Positions 31,782 through 45,362 of a stretch of 64,000 nucleotides of DNA are shown here, one piece after another. The notes under the pieces were generated by a model that saw nothing but the letters and a program-made list of their open reading frames with translations, was not told the DNA's origin and did no database searches. The DNA is from the human T2T-CHM13v2.0 reference genome, Homo sapiens: the NCBI RefSeq assembly GCF_009914755.1, contig NC_060942.1; one strand, 5' to 3'. The translations under genes were made by a program, and so were the position numbers. Each line of letters starts with the position of its first letter. The stretch's first letter is position 1.

Positions 31782-32130
31782 TGCTATGGACTGAATGTTG
31801 GTGTCTCTCCCAGACTCACATGTGGAAATCCTAATCCCTCATGTGATAGTATTAGCAAGTGCAGCCTGCAGAAAGTAATAAGGGCACGAGGCTGGAGCCC
31901 TCATGAATGGGATTAGTGCCTTTGTCAAAGGGGTCCCAGAGAGCTCTCTGGCACTCTTTCCACCAGGTGAGGACACAATGAAAAGACAGCAGTCTGCAGC
32001 CCGAAAGAAAAAACCTGACCATGGGGGCACCTGATCTTGGACTTCCAGGCTCCAGAACTGTGGGAAATAGATTTCCGTTCTAAGCCACCCTGTCCATGGC
32101 ACTTTGTTACAGCAGCCCGAACTGACTAAG
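31782..32130 (+). mobile_element. MaLR solo LTR, MLT1A0-like
   Basis: TGCTATGGACTGAATGTT...GGAGCCCTCATGAATGGGATTAGTGCC...GCAGCCCGAACTGACTAAG. Confidence 0.9.
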
Positions 32131-32146
32131 GATGAAATCAGATTAG

Positions 32147-32443
32147 GGCCTGGCACAGTGGCTCACGCCTATAGTCCCAGCACTTTGGGAAGCCAAGGCA
32201 GGCGGATCACAAGGCCAGGAGTTCAAGACCAGCCTGACCAACATGGTGAAACCGCATCTCTACTAAAAATACAAAAATTAGCTGGGCGTGGTGGCACACA
32301 CCTGTAATCCCAGCTACTCAGGAGGCTGAGGCAGGAGAATCATTTGAACCCGGGAGGCAGAGTTTGCAGTGAGCCGAGATCGCGCCACTGCACTGCAGGC
32401 TGGGTGACAGAGCCGGACTCCACCTCAAAAAAAAAAAAAAAAA
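32147..32443 (+). mobile_element. Alu (AluSg-like)
   Basis: Full dimer; TSD GAAATCAGAT. Confidence 0.95.
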
Positions 32444-33114
32444 GAAATCAGATAAAACAGTTAAAGAGCTACACACAGTGCCACTGCCTGGCGTTCTGTA
32501 AGCTGTCCATAAAGGGTCACTGACATTCTTGCACTCGATGGCAACGTTCTCTGGGAGGCTAAGGCAATTTTGATCCTGAACCAAACTGGAAAATAACATT
32601 ACTCCTAAAATGCACGCAAACATATGCTTGCTTGAAAATTAGTGGTTCTTAACCCAATTATGTATCTGAAGCATGGAAGGGAAAGAGAGTGCTGGGGACG
32701 TCTATTAGATTTATAATGCAAACAACCCAAAGTAAACATCGAAGAAAACTTCTTGGCTCCTGGTTGAATGTGCAGGAGACACAGTGGTTCCTAGGAAGGG
32801 CCCAAACCCGTGGGGGATGCCAGACATTTCCTAAAGATGGGCTGTGCTGGCAGATTTCTATAGTAATTAAAGGAAGCCTGGGTTTGAAGTTTGAGAAACA
32901 CTAACTAATACATATGTTGAAATATTTTATAGCGCATTGCTCTGTATTTTTATTGTTTTCAGTAAATATTCATGAAACATCCAATTAGCCTCTGAATGCC
33001 CTTCAGAATAGGGAAGAAATACCCCAAGCTTCCTGTATTCTCTCATGCCCTGGTCCACAGGAAGCACCAGGCAGAATCCTCTATCCACCAAGGAATGTTT
33101 ATTTAGAAAAAAAC

Positions 33115-33290
33115 CCAACAAATATTTATTGAGCACCTACTACATGCTAGCCACTGTTTCAGTGTGGGGGATAGAGTGTCGCCTGTTCAGTGGTGAACAG
33201 GAGAAAGTGTCTACCCTTATGGAGTTTACATCTAGTCAGGGAGATAAACACTGAATAAACAACAAATAATATAATTTAACATGATGATAG
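33115..33290 (-). mobile_element. L2a 3' end (continues after MLT2 to ~34050)
   Basis: CAACAAATATTTATTGAGCACCTACTACATGC hallmark. Confidence 0.85.
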
Positions 33291-33294
33291 GCGC

Positions 33295-33904
33295 TGTGCT
33301 AGTCGGGGTTCTCCAGAGAGACAGAAACAGTAGTGTGGATGGATAGGTAGGTAGGTAGATAGAGAGATAGATTTATAGGTAGATGAGAGGGAATTTATTA
33401 GGGGAATTGGTTCACACAACTATGGAGGCTGGGAAATCTTATGACAGGTTATCTTCTGCAAGTTGGAGACCCTAGGATGCCAGTAGTGTGGCTCAGTCTA
33501 ACTCCAAAGCCTCAGAATCAGGGATGCTGATTCTGCAATCACAGAGTTACAAGGACATAACTCTCAGTGAGAGGCTGAAGGCCTATGAACCTGGGGGCCA
33601 CTGATATAAATGCTGGAATCCCAAAGCCAGAGAGCCTGGAGTTCTGATGTCCAAGGGTAGGAGGTGGGGCATGTTTCAGCTTCAGGAGAGAGAAGGAGAA
33701 CATCCTTTTCTCTCCGTTTTTTGTTTTATCTGGGTCCCCAGCTGGTTGGATGGTGCTGTTCATGCTGAGGCAGATCTTCCCCACTCAGTTCACTGACCAG
33801 TCTCCTCTGGAAACACCCTCATGGACGCACCCAAGGTAATGCTTTAGCAGTTCTCTAGGTATTCCTTAATCCAGTCCAGTTGACACCTAAAATTAACCAT
33901 CACA
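33295..33904 (-). mobile_element. MLT2 (ERVL) solo LTR
   Basis: GGGTTCTCCAGAGAGACAGA start, TTGACACCTAAAATTAACCATCACA end; TSD GGCGC/GGCAC. Confidence 0.92.
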
Positions 33905-34059
33905 GGCACTAAGAAAGACATAAAAAGAAGTCCCAGGGCAATTTGTATCAGGGGCAGGGGCTGCTGTTTTAAATAAGACAGAGATAGCCTAACTGAAAAG
34001 GGGAATTCTGAATCATGATAATAAGTGGATCATGGGAAGGCAGAGAGAAAAGCAGCAAA

Positions 34060-34423
34060 CACTTTAGATGCTTTTGGTTATAAGCAAAAATCTCTACTGA
34101 AGAAAAATAATGCCTTTAATAATAAGGACATTTATCATCTCACATAACAGGAAGTTCAGAAATATGACCACCATCAGGGTTGGTTGATTTAGCAGCTTAG
34201 CAATATGATGTGGTCTGTCTTTCTACTTGGCCATTTTCATCACTGATACCCACTCTTGGTATCCAGCAGGATAGGGCACCTCTATGAGACCCTCTCCCCA
34301 CCCCTTAGCAGTGAGGAAGCTCTTCCTAGATGCTCCCCTGCTGAATTCCCCTTCCTTCTCGCCAGCCCAGCTTGGTTTAGGCTTGTCCACTTCTGAGCCA
34401 ATGACTGACCAGGGAAATGGAAT
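34060..34423 (-). mobile_element. Old MaLR LTR (MLT1L/N-like), split by Tigger2
   Basis: GATGCTTTTGGTT..TCTCACATAACAGGAAGTTCAGA; resumes at ~37094. Confidence 0.55.
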
Positions 34424-34425
34424 TA

Positions 34426-37091
34426 TACTTGACCGTTGAACAACTTGGGGGCTAGGGGCACCGATACCCTGCACAGCCAAAAATTCAATAAATTTTTACT
34501 CCTCCCAAACTTCACTACTAATAGTCTATTCTTGACAGGAAGCCTAGATAGTCAATTGACACGTTTTGTATTTTATGTGTATTATATACTGTATTCTTAC
34601 AATAAAGTTAGCTAGAGAAAGAGTGTTATTAAGAAAATCATAAGGAAGAGAAAATATATTTATTATTCATCAAATGGAAATGGACCATTATAAAGGTCTT
34701 CATCCTCAACATCTTCATGTTAAGTAGGCTGAGGAGGAGGAAGAGGAGAGGTTGGTCTTGCTATCTCAGGGATGGCAGAGTTGGAGCACGTAGACGAGAT
34801 GGAAGGGGAGGCAGGAGAGGCAGGCACACTCGGCATAACTTTATGGAAATAACGTTGTCATTTCTATCTTTTTTGCTTTTTTATTTATCTAAAAATGTTT
34901 CAGTATGATACCAATCCTTATTCCATTGTTTGCTTTAGTTTCAGTGCCCATATCATGGAAGGGTCTGTGTTGTAAGATAAGTCAAAAGGAGTCTTGAATA
35001 ATCAAAACCCTTCTGCCAGATTGTCTCATATCAATTTTTTTCTGGCACCGTTTCTCCTAAACCTTCTTCCTCATAGCTTAGCGCTGGTTTGGAAGCACTC
35101 ATCTCCGTTAAGTTGCCTTGTGTTCATTCCTCTGGTGTTTTATCTATTAGCACTTGAATTTCTCCAAGATCCACATGGGGAAACACTTTCTCTGCTACTT
35201 TTTTAAGCCATACCCGCAATGTCTTTCATGATTTCCTTGATTGACTTTGTCAAAAATCCTATGAAACCATGCACAACATCTGGAAACAGTTTTCTCCAAC
35301 AGGAATTAATTGTTTTGGGCTTGATGGCGTTCATGCTTTTTCTACAACAACGACACCTTCAGTGGTGTAATCCTTCCAGACTCGCAAGATGTTCTTTCTG
35401 TTGGGGTTTTCCTCCATAGTGTTGACATCCTTTCCATAAAGTGCCATGTGTAATAAGTTTTAAAGGTCTTCATGGCTCCCTGATTTAGAGTCTGACATGA
35501 GATGTTGCATTTGGGGGCAAGTAGACCACTTCAATATCTTCAGGGTTGAACTCATGGGGTTCTGGGTGGCCAGGGGCATTGTCCAATATCAAAAAAAACT
35601 TTAAAAGGCAATCTCTTACTAGCAAAATACTTTCTGACTTCAGAGACAAAGTATTCATGAAACCAATCCAGATTCCTTTTGTCCAGGTCTTCTTTTTGTA
35701 CAGCCAAAGACTAGCAGGTAGTGTTTATCTTTTCCCTTCAAGGCTCTGGGGTTAGCTACTTTATAGATAAGGACAGTCCTGATCATAAAACCAACTGCAT
35801 TTGCAAAGAACAGTAGAGTTAGCCTATCCCTTCCTGCCTGAATCCTGGTGCCGGATTATCTTCCTTACTAATAAATGTGCTTTGTGGCATTTTTGTCCCC
35901 AGAATAGGGCACTTTTGTCTGCATTAAAAACCTGTTCAAGCAGGTATCTTTTCTCCTCAATGATAATTGCATCCGGGAACTCATCTGCTGCCTCTTGGTC
36001 AGCAAAAACTGCTTCTCCTGTTATCTTGACATTTTTAAAAAGCCAAATCTCTTTCTAAAATTATCAAACCATCCTTTGCTGGCATTCAATCCTCCAGCTT
36101 TAGATCCTTCACCTTCCTTTTTCTTTAAGTTATCATATAATGACTTCTCTTTTTCTCAAATCATATTAGAATCTATGGGAATGCCTTTCTTACAGCAATC
36201 CTGTACCCATATAAAAGCTGCATTTTCAATACAAGATAAAAAGGTATTTCACCAAAAGTGCAAAGTTTTCATGCCTGCTGGCAGAGCTGCAACAGTAGCT
36301 TCAGGAATTTCCTTTTCTTTTTTTTACAGCGTTCCTTATTCTGGATTCATTTATCTTGAAATGGCGGGCAACTGCAGCTGCAGACCTCAATCTACAGTGC
36401 ATATCAAGCAATTCAATTTTTTCTACAATGTTTTGACTTTTCTCTGCTTCATGGGGCACTTCCAGCATCACTACTGGCACTTTATTTGGGTCCCATGGTG
36501 TTACACAAGGTTTTTGGTATTGCACCATGATGAAAAATACACAAGAGCTGCAAGAGGTCTTTTTACTACAATAAGCAATTTACTGGATGGATGAACTGCT
36601 CACATGGAGATGGTTACTGTCACACAGCATTTTAAGCGGGTACCCACAGCACTTGAGCTCACCGGAACAGCAACAAGACATGACTACTGATTTATCACAG
36701 CCATACAGTGTGTACTACATTGAGTTTTATGCAATTATGATTGAATACTGCATCTTTATATTTGTGTACATTTCTCTTGACTGTGAATTGTTCCACGTAC
36801 AGTTTGTGTTTGTGTGTGTAAGTTTTGATAAATTTTAACTTTTTATAATAGATGTACATTTTATGATAGTAAATGATAAACTAGTATCTACATATATTAT
36901 ATGAACTCATGACATACCCAGTTTTTCCTTTTTTTTTTTGTTATTTCTAGGCCATGCAGTTTATCTACCTGTGAGTTTTTTTCAAATTGTCACAAATCTC
37001 CAAAATTTTTTCAATATATTTATTGAAAAAAATCCGAGTATAAGTAAGTAGACCCATGTAATTCCAACCCATGTTGTTGAAGGGTCAACTT
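34426..37091 (-). mobile_element. Full-length Tigger2 (pogo family) DNA transposon with dead transposase
   Basis: TIRs TACTTGACCGTTGAACAAC / GTTGTTGAAGGGTCAACTT flanked by TA; minus-strand peptides EKIELLDM..LRSAAAVARHFKINES (HTH), EQVFNADKSALF, LILDNAPGHPEP, LPPNATS..QTLNQG. Confidence 0.93.
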
Positions 37092-37455
37092 TACTTGGAA
37101 TGGCCTGGAATAATCACCTGCACTATGTATGTAAGACAATCCACACGATCTCTGCTCTAGGCAAGTGCAGGCTTGGCAAGTTCAAGTTCAAGAAAGCCTC
37201 CTGTGGCCAGAATAAAATGAGCACAGGGCAAGAGAGGTGAATTTAGCATAGCAGCTTGTGTGTCTTGATAAGGAATAGGGGATGCCATGCCAGGGAATGA
37301 TTCAATCTGATTTGCATTTTTAAAAGAGGACATTTAACACTCCCCAGATTGGGATAGAACCGGAGCAGCCTGGGGGTGGGAATGGGGGACAGGATCAGAG
37401 GTCACATGGTATTTCTCTATTAGGTGTTGTAAAAGATGGGGCTAACATTCACGTC

Positions 37456-38070
<615 letters not shown>

Positions 38071-38291
38071 TTAAATATGAGAGAACCTCCCAGCTTCTCC
38101 AAGGAGAGTGGAACTATTGAGGTAAAGGATGACAACATAATTCCTAAATTATGCAACCTTTAGCCATAAGCCATAATGCAGAGTAACTCAACCTCTAGTT
38201 TATGCCAAAGTAGTGTGGCTACAATTATTCTTGGTGGACAACTAGCCCATGATATTGTTCTAGAAAAAGACAACAGTTAAATCAAAGAATG

Positions 38292-38767
<476 letters not shown>

Positions 38768-38799
38768 CTACATAGTCCTTCTATGTCCTACGTGGGCTT

Positions 38800-38980
38800 C
38801 ATTATGTTGGTTCACACACCTGACTGAGCATCAGAAACTCCTGGGGCAATTGATCAAAATCCAGCTTCCTAGGCTGGACCCAGACCTGGAAAATCCAGAT
38901 CTTCACAGGTAGGCTCATGAATCTTTAATAAGATCCCGAAGTGCCTCTGCTGGTCAGTCAGGGGTGGGAGCCCCTGCACC
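38800..38980. mobile_element. MER5-like hAT-Charlie MITE
   Basis: GCATCAGAAACTCCTGGGG..AAAATCCAGCTTCCTAGGC..CCCAGACC motif. Confidence 0.55.
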
Positions 38981-39062
38981 ATAAGGGAATATTCCAGACC
39001 AAGAAGAGGTCTGGACGGGAAGATCATCAAGGCTGGAAAGAGCTGAGTGCTGCCCTGTGCTA

Positions 39063-39530
<468 letters not shown>

Positions 39531-39734
39531 AAGCACCAAGGAGTTTTGTGCCTGTGGTCAAAAAAGGAGAGAAGAAAGTTAGAGAGGCTGGTTTCAGGCA
39601 CTATATCCATGGTCAAAATGTTACATGAAAGCTCTTGTGTATTGAGCCCACAGAGGAAGGTTTCCCTTGCATTTTTGAAGCCATACAAATGTTCAACATG
39701 GATTTACTTGCCAAGTCACTTCCCTTTAAACCTA

Positions 39735-39935
39735 ATAGTAATAGCTAGAGTATAGGGAACATCTACCAGCACTGTCCTGGGAGCTTTGCGTGTGTTATCT
39801 AAATCCTTATCATAATCCTATGAGGTAGGATTATCCCCATTTCACAGAGAAGAAAGCTGAGGCCCCTAAAGGTTAGCTTTGGCCCAAAGTCACACAGCAG
39901 AGGGGGATTCAAGCAGTTGGCTCTATCCTTTAACC
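39735..39935 (-). mobile_element. MIR
   Basis: CCTATGAGGTAGG..ATCCCCATTTCACAGAGAAGAAAGCTGAGGC..CCCAAAGTCACACAGC. Confidence 0.85.
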
Positions 39936-40626
39936 CCTGACCCCACAGGGCCCAGGGCTACGGGGTGAAGGGAGAGCAGTCTACTGAACTAGCTGCATAT
40001 CTAGGGATTCGATTCTGGTGGCATTGGGACATCCCTCTGACCCTGGGGACTGTCGGGAGAGACTCCCATTCATTCCCTGGAGTACTCCCCCTGCATGTGG
40101 TGTCAGCTATTTTCCCTTTGCTCTTAGGATGCCCTTTCCACCTTCCCCATCCTGCTCTGAGCTCTGGGAGCCACCAGCATGGGCCATCTCAACCTCCCAC
40201 TGGGGCCAGCTGGGTTGGACCAATGGATGGCAGCGGCAAGAGCTCAGAGGGTGGGAGAGTGAGGTCAGGGGGATTTCTTCCTTGCTTCTGCCAAAGCCCC
40301 AGCTCCTGTGGGACAGCCCTCTCCCACAGCCAGCAGTCCCTCCCACGCCCCCACAGGCCTGAGGATGGCATCCTGCTCTGCTGTGACTTAGCCCTGTGTG
40401 CTCCAGCTCATCTTCCTGGCTTTCCTACATTGGGCCCCTGCTGTTGTAAGCAGTCCTGTCATAAAAGGCCCCTCAGTCACCCATTAAGGTGTGTCTCTTT
40501 CCTAGCAAAATCTCAACAAATACCTATCATCTGGGATGCCCTCAGGGGGATGCTCCCCACTCCCAGAGGACCCCTTCCCTGCCTCAGCAACCCAGTGCAG
40601 TCTGGTGTGGAGGGGCTGGGTTTGAG

Positions 40627-40810
40627 CATGTGTGTGCAAGTGTGTGTGCAAGCAGGTACATGAGTGTGTGCAGGTGTGTGCATGTGTATGAGCATGCACA
40701 AGTGTATGTACAAGCACATGTGAGTGTGTAAGGGCCTGTGTCTGTGTGTGAGTGCATGTAACAGTGTTAGTGTGAAAGTGAGTGTATGTGGGTGAGCATG
40801 TACAAGTGTC
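40627..40810. repeat. TG-rich degenerate low-complexity tract
   Basis: GTGTGTGCA/CATGTG mosaic. Confidence 0.85.
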
Positions 40811-41514
40811 CACAGACTCCCACAGCAGTCCATGGGCCCAGGTGCAGCTTCATCAGCTGCCCGAGACCACATCCAGGTAACACCCTCCAGCTCCTCTCCA
40901 GCTACAAACACCGACCCCCAGCTCCCAGGAGATCCCCAGCAGCAGCATCCCTAGGCCGGCCCCTGCCCCTTGAATAAGCTACCAGTCCTGGAGTGACTCC
41001 TCTGCACTGGGCAATACGCCTGGGTGCTTTCTGTACACGTGCATTCTACCTGGACCATGATGCGGTGAGGTGACATGGTGACTCAAGTCTTTGCTGACTC
41101 ACCACACCTCCCCCACATCCTTCCATGGGAGAATTTGGGCCCATTAAATTATGCCACAGCCCTGTCCAGTGCTTGATTCAGGGATGGGATTGGGGCCACA
41201 GCAAACCCAATCAGAGCCCCGCTGTGGGCACTTTCTGGCTGGCCCTGGAGGGAACACGCCCCTTCTGTCTCCCAGGCCCACAGTTGCCTGGATGTGAGTT
41301 CCCTGTGGCCTTGGCCTTAGTGATGTGCATGACACAGTCAGAGAGAATGAGGTAACATGACAAGGAGGAAGACAGGACAGATTCAAACCCGAGGTGCGTG
41401 TGCCCTAAGCTCCACCCCTGCCCTTGTAGTATAGGAGCCAATGCCCCATTTCTGGTTAAGCAATTTTGAGTAGATTCTCTGTCTCTTGTAACAAAAAAAG
41501 GCCTGAGTACCAGC

Positions 41515-41660
41515 AAGATATTATTATTTTCCTCATTTGACACATGAAGACACTTAGGTTCAGAGAGGCTAAATGACATGCCCAGGGTCCTACATGGATA
41601 CAGATCAGAGCTACGACTGGATCCAGGTCTTTGTTCATAGTCCCTGCTTTCAACACTATA
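41515..41660 (-). mobile_element. MIR fragment
   Basis: CATTTGACACATGAAGACACTTAGGTTCAGAGAGGCTAAATGACATGCCCAGGGTC. Confidence 0.75.
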
Positions 41661-43337
41661 GCCCTATGGTCAGACTCTCTGGGGACAACTTTCAGTGCTT
41701 CCTCTGTCCCATCAAATCCCATTTGTTCTGCAGGAAAATGACACCACCCTGGAAAATGGTGAATAAAAGGAACAGAGGTCCACAGGGGATGGGGAGTGGG
41801 GATGATTGTAGGAAAAACAACCTGCTAGGACCGAGGATGTCAGATGACATGGATGGCCTGGCTCTTTAAAAGTTCCTGCAAAGCCTTTCTCTAAGCAGGG
41901 CTGCACTGGAGCTTCTGTGTCTCTGCAGAAGCAGGCTTGAGAAAGGCAGGCCCAGGTCTTGGCCTTTTAGGAGCACACTAGGCACTGTCACCCACCCAAG
42001 ATCCAAAGGTAGGGCTCAGCTATCTGCTATGTTCACGTGTGTGTCACACCCAGAAGCACAAAGCGAACCCGTACAACAAAAAGAAGCTGGGTTTCAGACC
42101 TATGAGCCCATGAAAAGGAAACAAAAAGATTTAGGTTGTTTTTATTTTCTCAAAAATAAAAAAAAGTCACCCCTGCTGTTTAAACTGCATGCAAAGGTGT
42201 TTCCAAATCAATCCCTCAGCAGCTGTAAAAATCCACATTGATCCACTCCAGCAACACTGAAGGAGGATCAAACCTCCTGAGAGAAGGACTGATTGGCTCG
42301 CTCTCTAAATAGACTATTTGCTCTGTCATTCAACACCCGCAAATGTTTCTACTGCTGAACATTGCTAAGGTCAAATTGGATAAAACATATTAAGATATGA
42401 TCAGATTTTGTTTTGTATTCAAAACGCCTTACAGGAGCAACACGGCCCGCTGTCCTGTGGCTGCAGCCTTCTAGGGAAATGCAGTGGGCACAGATTTGCG
42501 GCTTTACTTTGCACGCATGCTGCGTAGAGGGGAATTTGCTGCGGGTTTATGTTGTCCTGACTTTCTGGCGATGTGCAGACATCCAGGAGAATCTGCACAA
42601 AGACTGCTTAAGCAAACAGTCAGGCAGAAAGACTCTTGCTCTCTCTTGTTTCTAACCACTCGCCTCCCAGCATTGTCTATTTCCCCATCATCACAGTGAC
42701 CCAGCAGCCTGTAGCTTCTCCATCTCTTTCCTTTGGCTTTTCTTAACAGATGTTGCTTGACTGCATCAATCCCAGATAGGAGCGCTAATGTGATGGGCAG
42801 GGTTTGGGAGCTGGGGTAGAAGGGTGCTGTGCTCTCTATTAGTGTCCAACTTACTCATCCTCTTTGTGCCTTGGTTTCTCCATCTATAAAGTAATGAAAA
42901 TGAAAATGTCCAATTCCCAAGCCTTCTGTGAAGATAATTGAGATTACCGAGACAGAGCAATTGGTATTGTGCTCTGGGTATGGTGAACGCCCAGTGGAGG
43001 TAGGTGACAAGATTATTTTCATTATTGCCCACGTTTGCTTCAAAAACTTACCCTGGTCACTTATCTTCGTTTTAGTATTCCAAGCTCCATCGCTGTCTGT
43101 AGGTCTCCCCAACCTAATTTTTCACTTCTGCCCTAAAAGCTGACTTACATCCAGAACTACTCATGTCCAGTTGCCTTCATCCAACATTGGTAGAAATCCT
43201 ATTAGGTCCCAGGCGCTGTGGTGGGTGAGGGCAAATAAAATGGGGGGGGGGCACTCCTCTTATCTCCGTGGGAGGAAACAAAGCTCTCCTGCACTCCCTC
43301 ACTTTACCATAAGTCTCTGGTGGTCTCCGTTACTCAA

Positions 43338-43631
43338 TTTTTTTTTTGTTTGAGATGGAGTCTCACTCTGTCGCCCAGGCTGGAGTGCAGTGGCACGATC
43401 TTGGCTCACTGCAACCTCCGCCTCCTGGGCTCAAGTGATTCTCAGCTTCCCGAGTAGCTGGGATTACAGGCACCGTCTGCCACCACACCCAGCTAATTTT
43501 TGTATTTTTAGTAGAGACGGGGTTTTCGGCCATGCTGGCCAGACTTGTCTCAAACTTCTGACCTCAGATGATCTCCCCACCTCGGCCTCCCAAAGTGCTG
43601 GGATTACAGGCAAGAGGCACCGCGCCCGGCC
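43338..43631 (-). mobile_element. Alu (AluS)
   Basis: Full dimer with small indels. Confidence 0.95.
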
Positions 43632-44504
43632 CATTCCTCATTTTTTTAATTGATATAATGGTTTAGGGATGCCACTACCCACTGTGGAGAGAGGTGGGCT
43701 GTTGATGACAACATTGATAATGGTGGAAAAGTAAGTGAATTGATGGAAGAACTATAGGAACGTAGTTGAATGGCTAGTTTATTCTGTATGTATATGCTTG
43801 TTTCTCCTCTCAAAATGGCCAAGGAATGCAACATAGGAGTTCTGGTACGGAAGTCTAATTTGTGATTTAACTGGGGTTTACAAAGAAGCAACAGTTCTTA
43901 GAGGCAGCTCGATGGCAAGTCTAGGCGGTGGCCTGAGTCTTACCATCAATCTGCTGAAGGACAGGGATGGACAACCTACAGCGCCTTCGTCTGTGCTCCC
44001 AAACAGCCCTCAGCACACTGCCGTAACCATCTGTGTGTTCGTCTCCCTGATAAACCTCCAAGCTCCATGAATGCTGAGGCATTGTCCTATTGCCTATAAT
44101 GTGTCCAGTTCCTGTTAAACTGAACTTATGAGGACAAAGAGGTTGATCACCCCATACATTTCAAGAAAACACTCTCTGCTCACATGAAAGGACAAGGGAA
44201 ATATCACTTTCCAACAAAGAGTCCAGGAGAAAATAGAAGTATTTATTTCTTAGAACTCCTCAAGTGTAGAATATGGGATTTGCTACTCATGCAAGCAGGC
44301 AGCAAAAAGTAACATCAAACTCAGGGCCTCTAGGGTGAAATGTGTACCTCCAAGATACACAGTATGATCATTAGCGTGAGGGCAGAAAATATTAGGACTT
44401 TCCATTTAGTTTAAAGTCATCCTTCAAACATTTGTGATTTATGTATGCTTTATGATTTGTATAACATATTAGCATTTATATACGTATACATCTAAATATG
44501 TAGA

Positions 44505-44802
<298 letters not shown>

Positions 44803-45059
44803 AATGTATTTTTATATATTGAGGATGCTTAACATTTTTTATTGATTACGTATACAATACAAATGTTTGGAACATTGATTCCATTGAACATATTGATCTG
44901 AATATTTATTATATAACATCTGAAATGTATATAACTCCTTATGAGTTTTAATAAATATTTAAATATGTATGTGATGTCAGTTGTGATTTACCAAATGTCT
45001 TCCTTGTCTCAGGGCAATTTCCACTTCCTAAGATGGGTAAAAATGAGTTTCACAGGTGA

Positions 45060-45362
45060 ACAGGTAGATGAATAAATGGGAGAATGGATGGGTGGGTGGA
45101 TGGATGGATGGATGGGTGGATGGGTAGATGGTTGGGTAGATGGATGGATGGAAGAATTGAGTGGATGGGATAATGGATAGGAGGATGGGTAGATGGATGA
45201 TGGATGGACAGTTGGATGAATGGATGGGTGGGAGGATGGAGAGATGGATGGATGGATGGATAGTTGGATGAATGGATGGGTGGCAGGATGGATAGGAGGT
45301 TGGATGGGGCATGGATGGATGGATGGATGGATGGATAGATGGCTGGATAGATGGTCAGATGA
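45060..45362. repeat. (GGAT/TGGA)n degenerate simple repeat, ~300 bp
   Basis: Read directly; source of the SIHP-repeat ORFs. Confidence 0.93.

Noticed and set aside
35995-36594. 199-aa + strand ORF
   Set aside because: It is the antisense frame of the Tigger2 transposase remnant.
39965-40663. 232-aa ORF, the longest in the window
   Set aside because: Non-ATG start, P/S/G/L-rich composition typical of GC-rich non-coding DNA, no recognisable domain, and it ends in a TG repeat.
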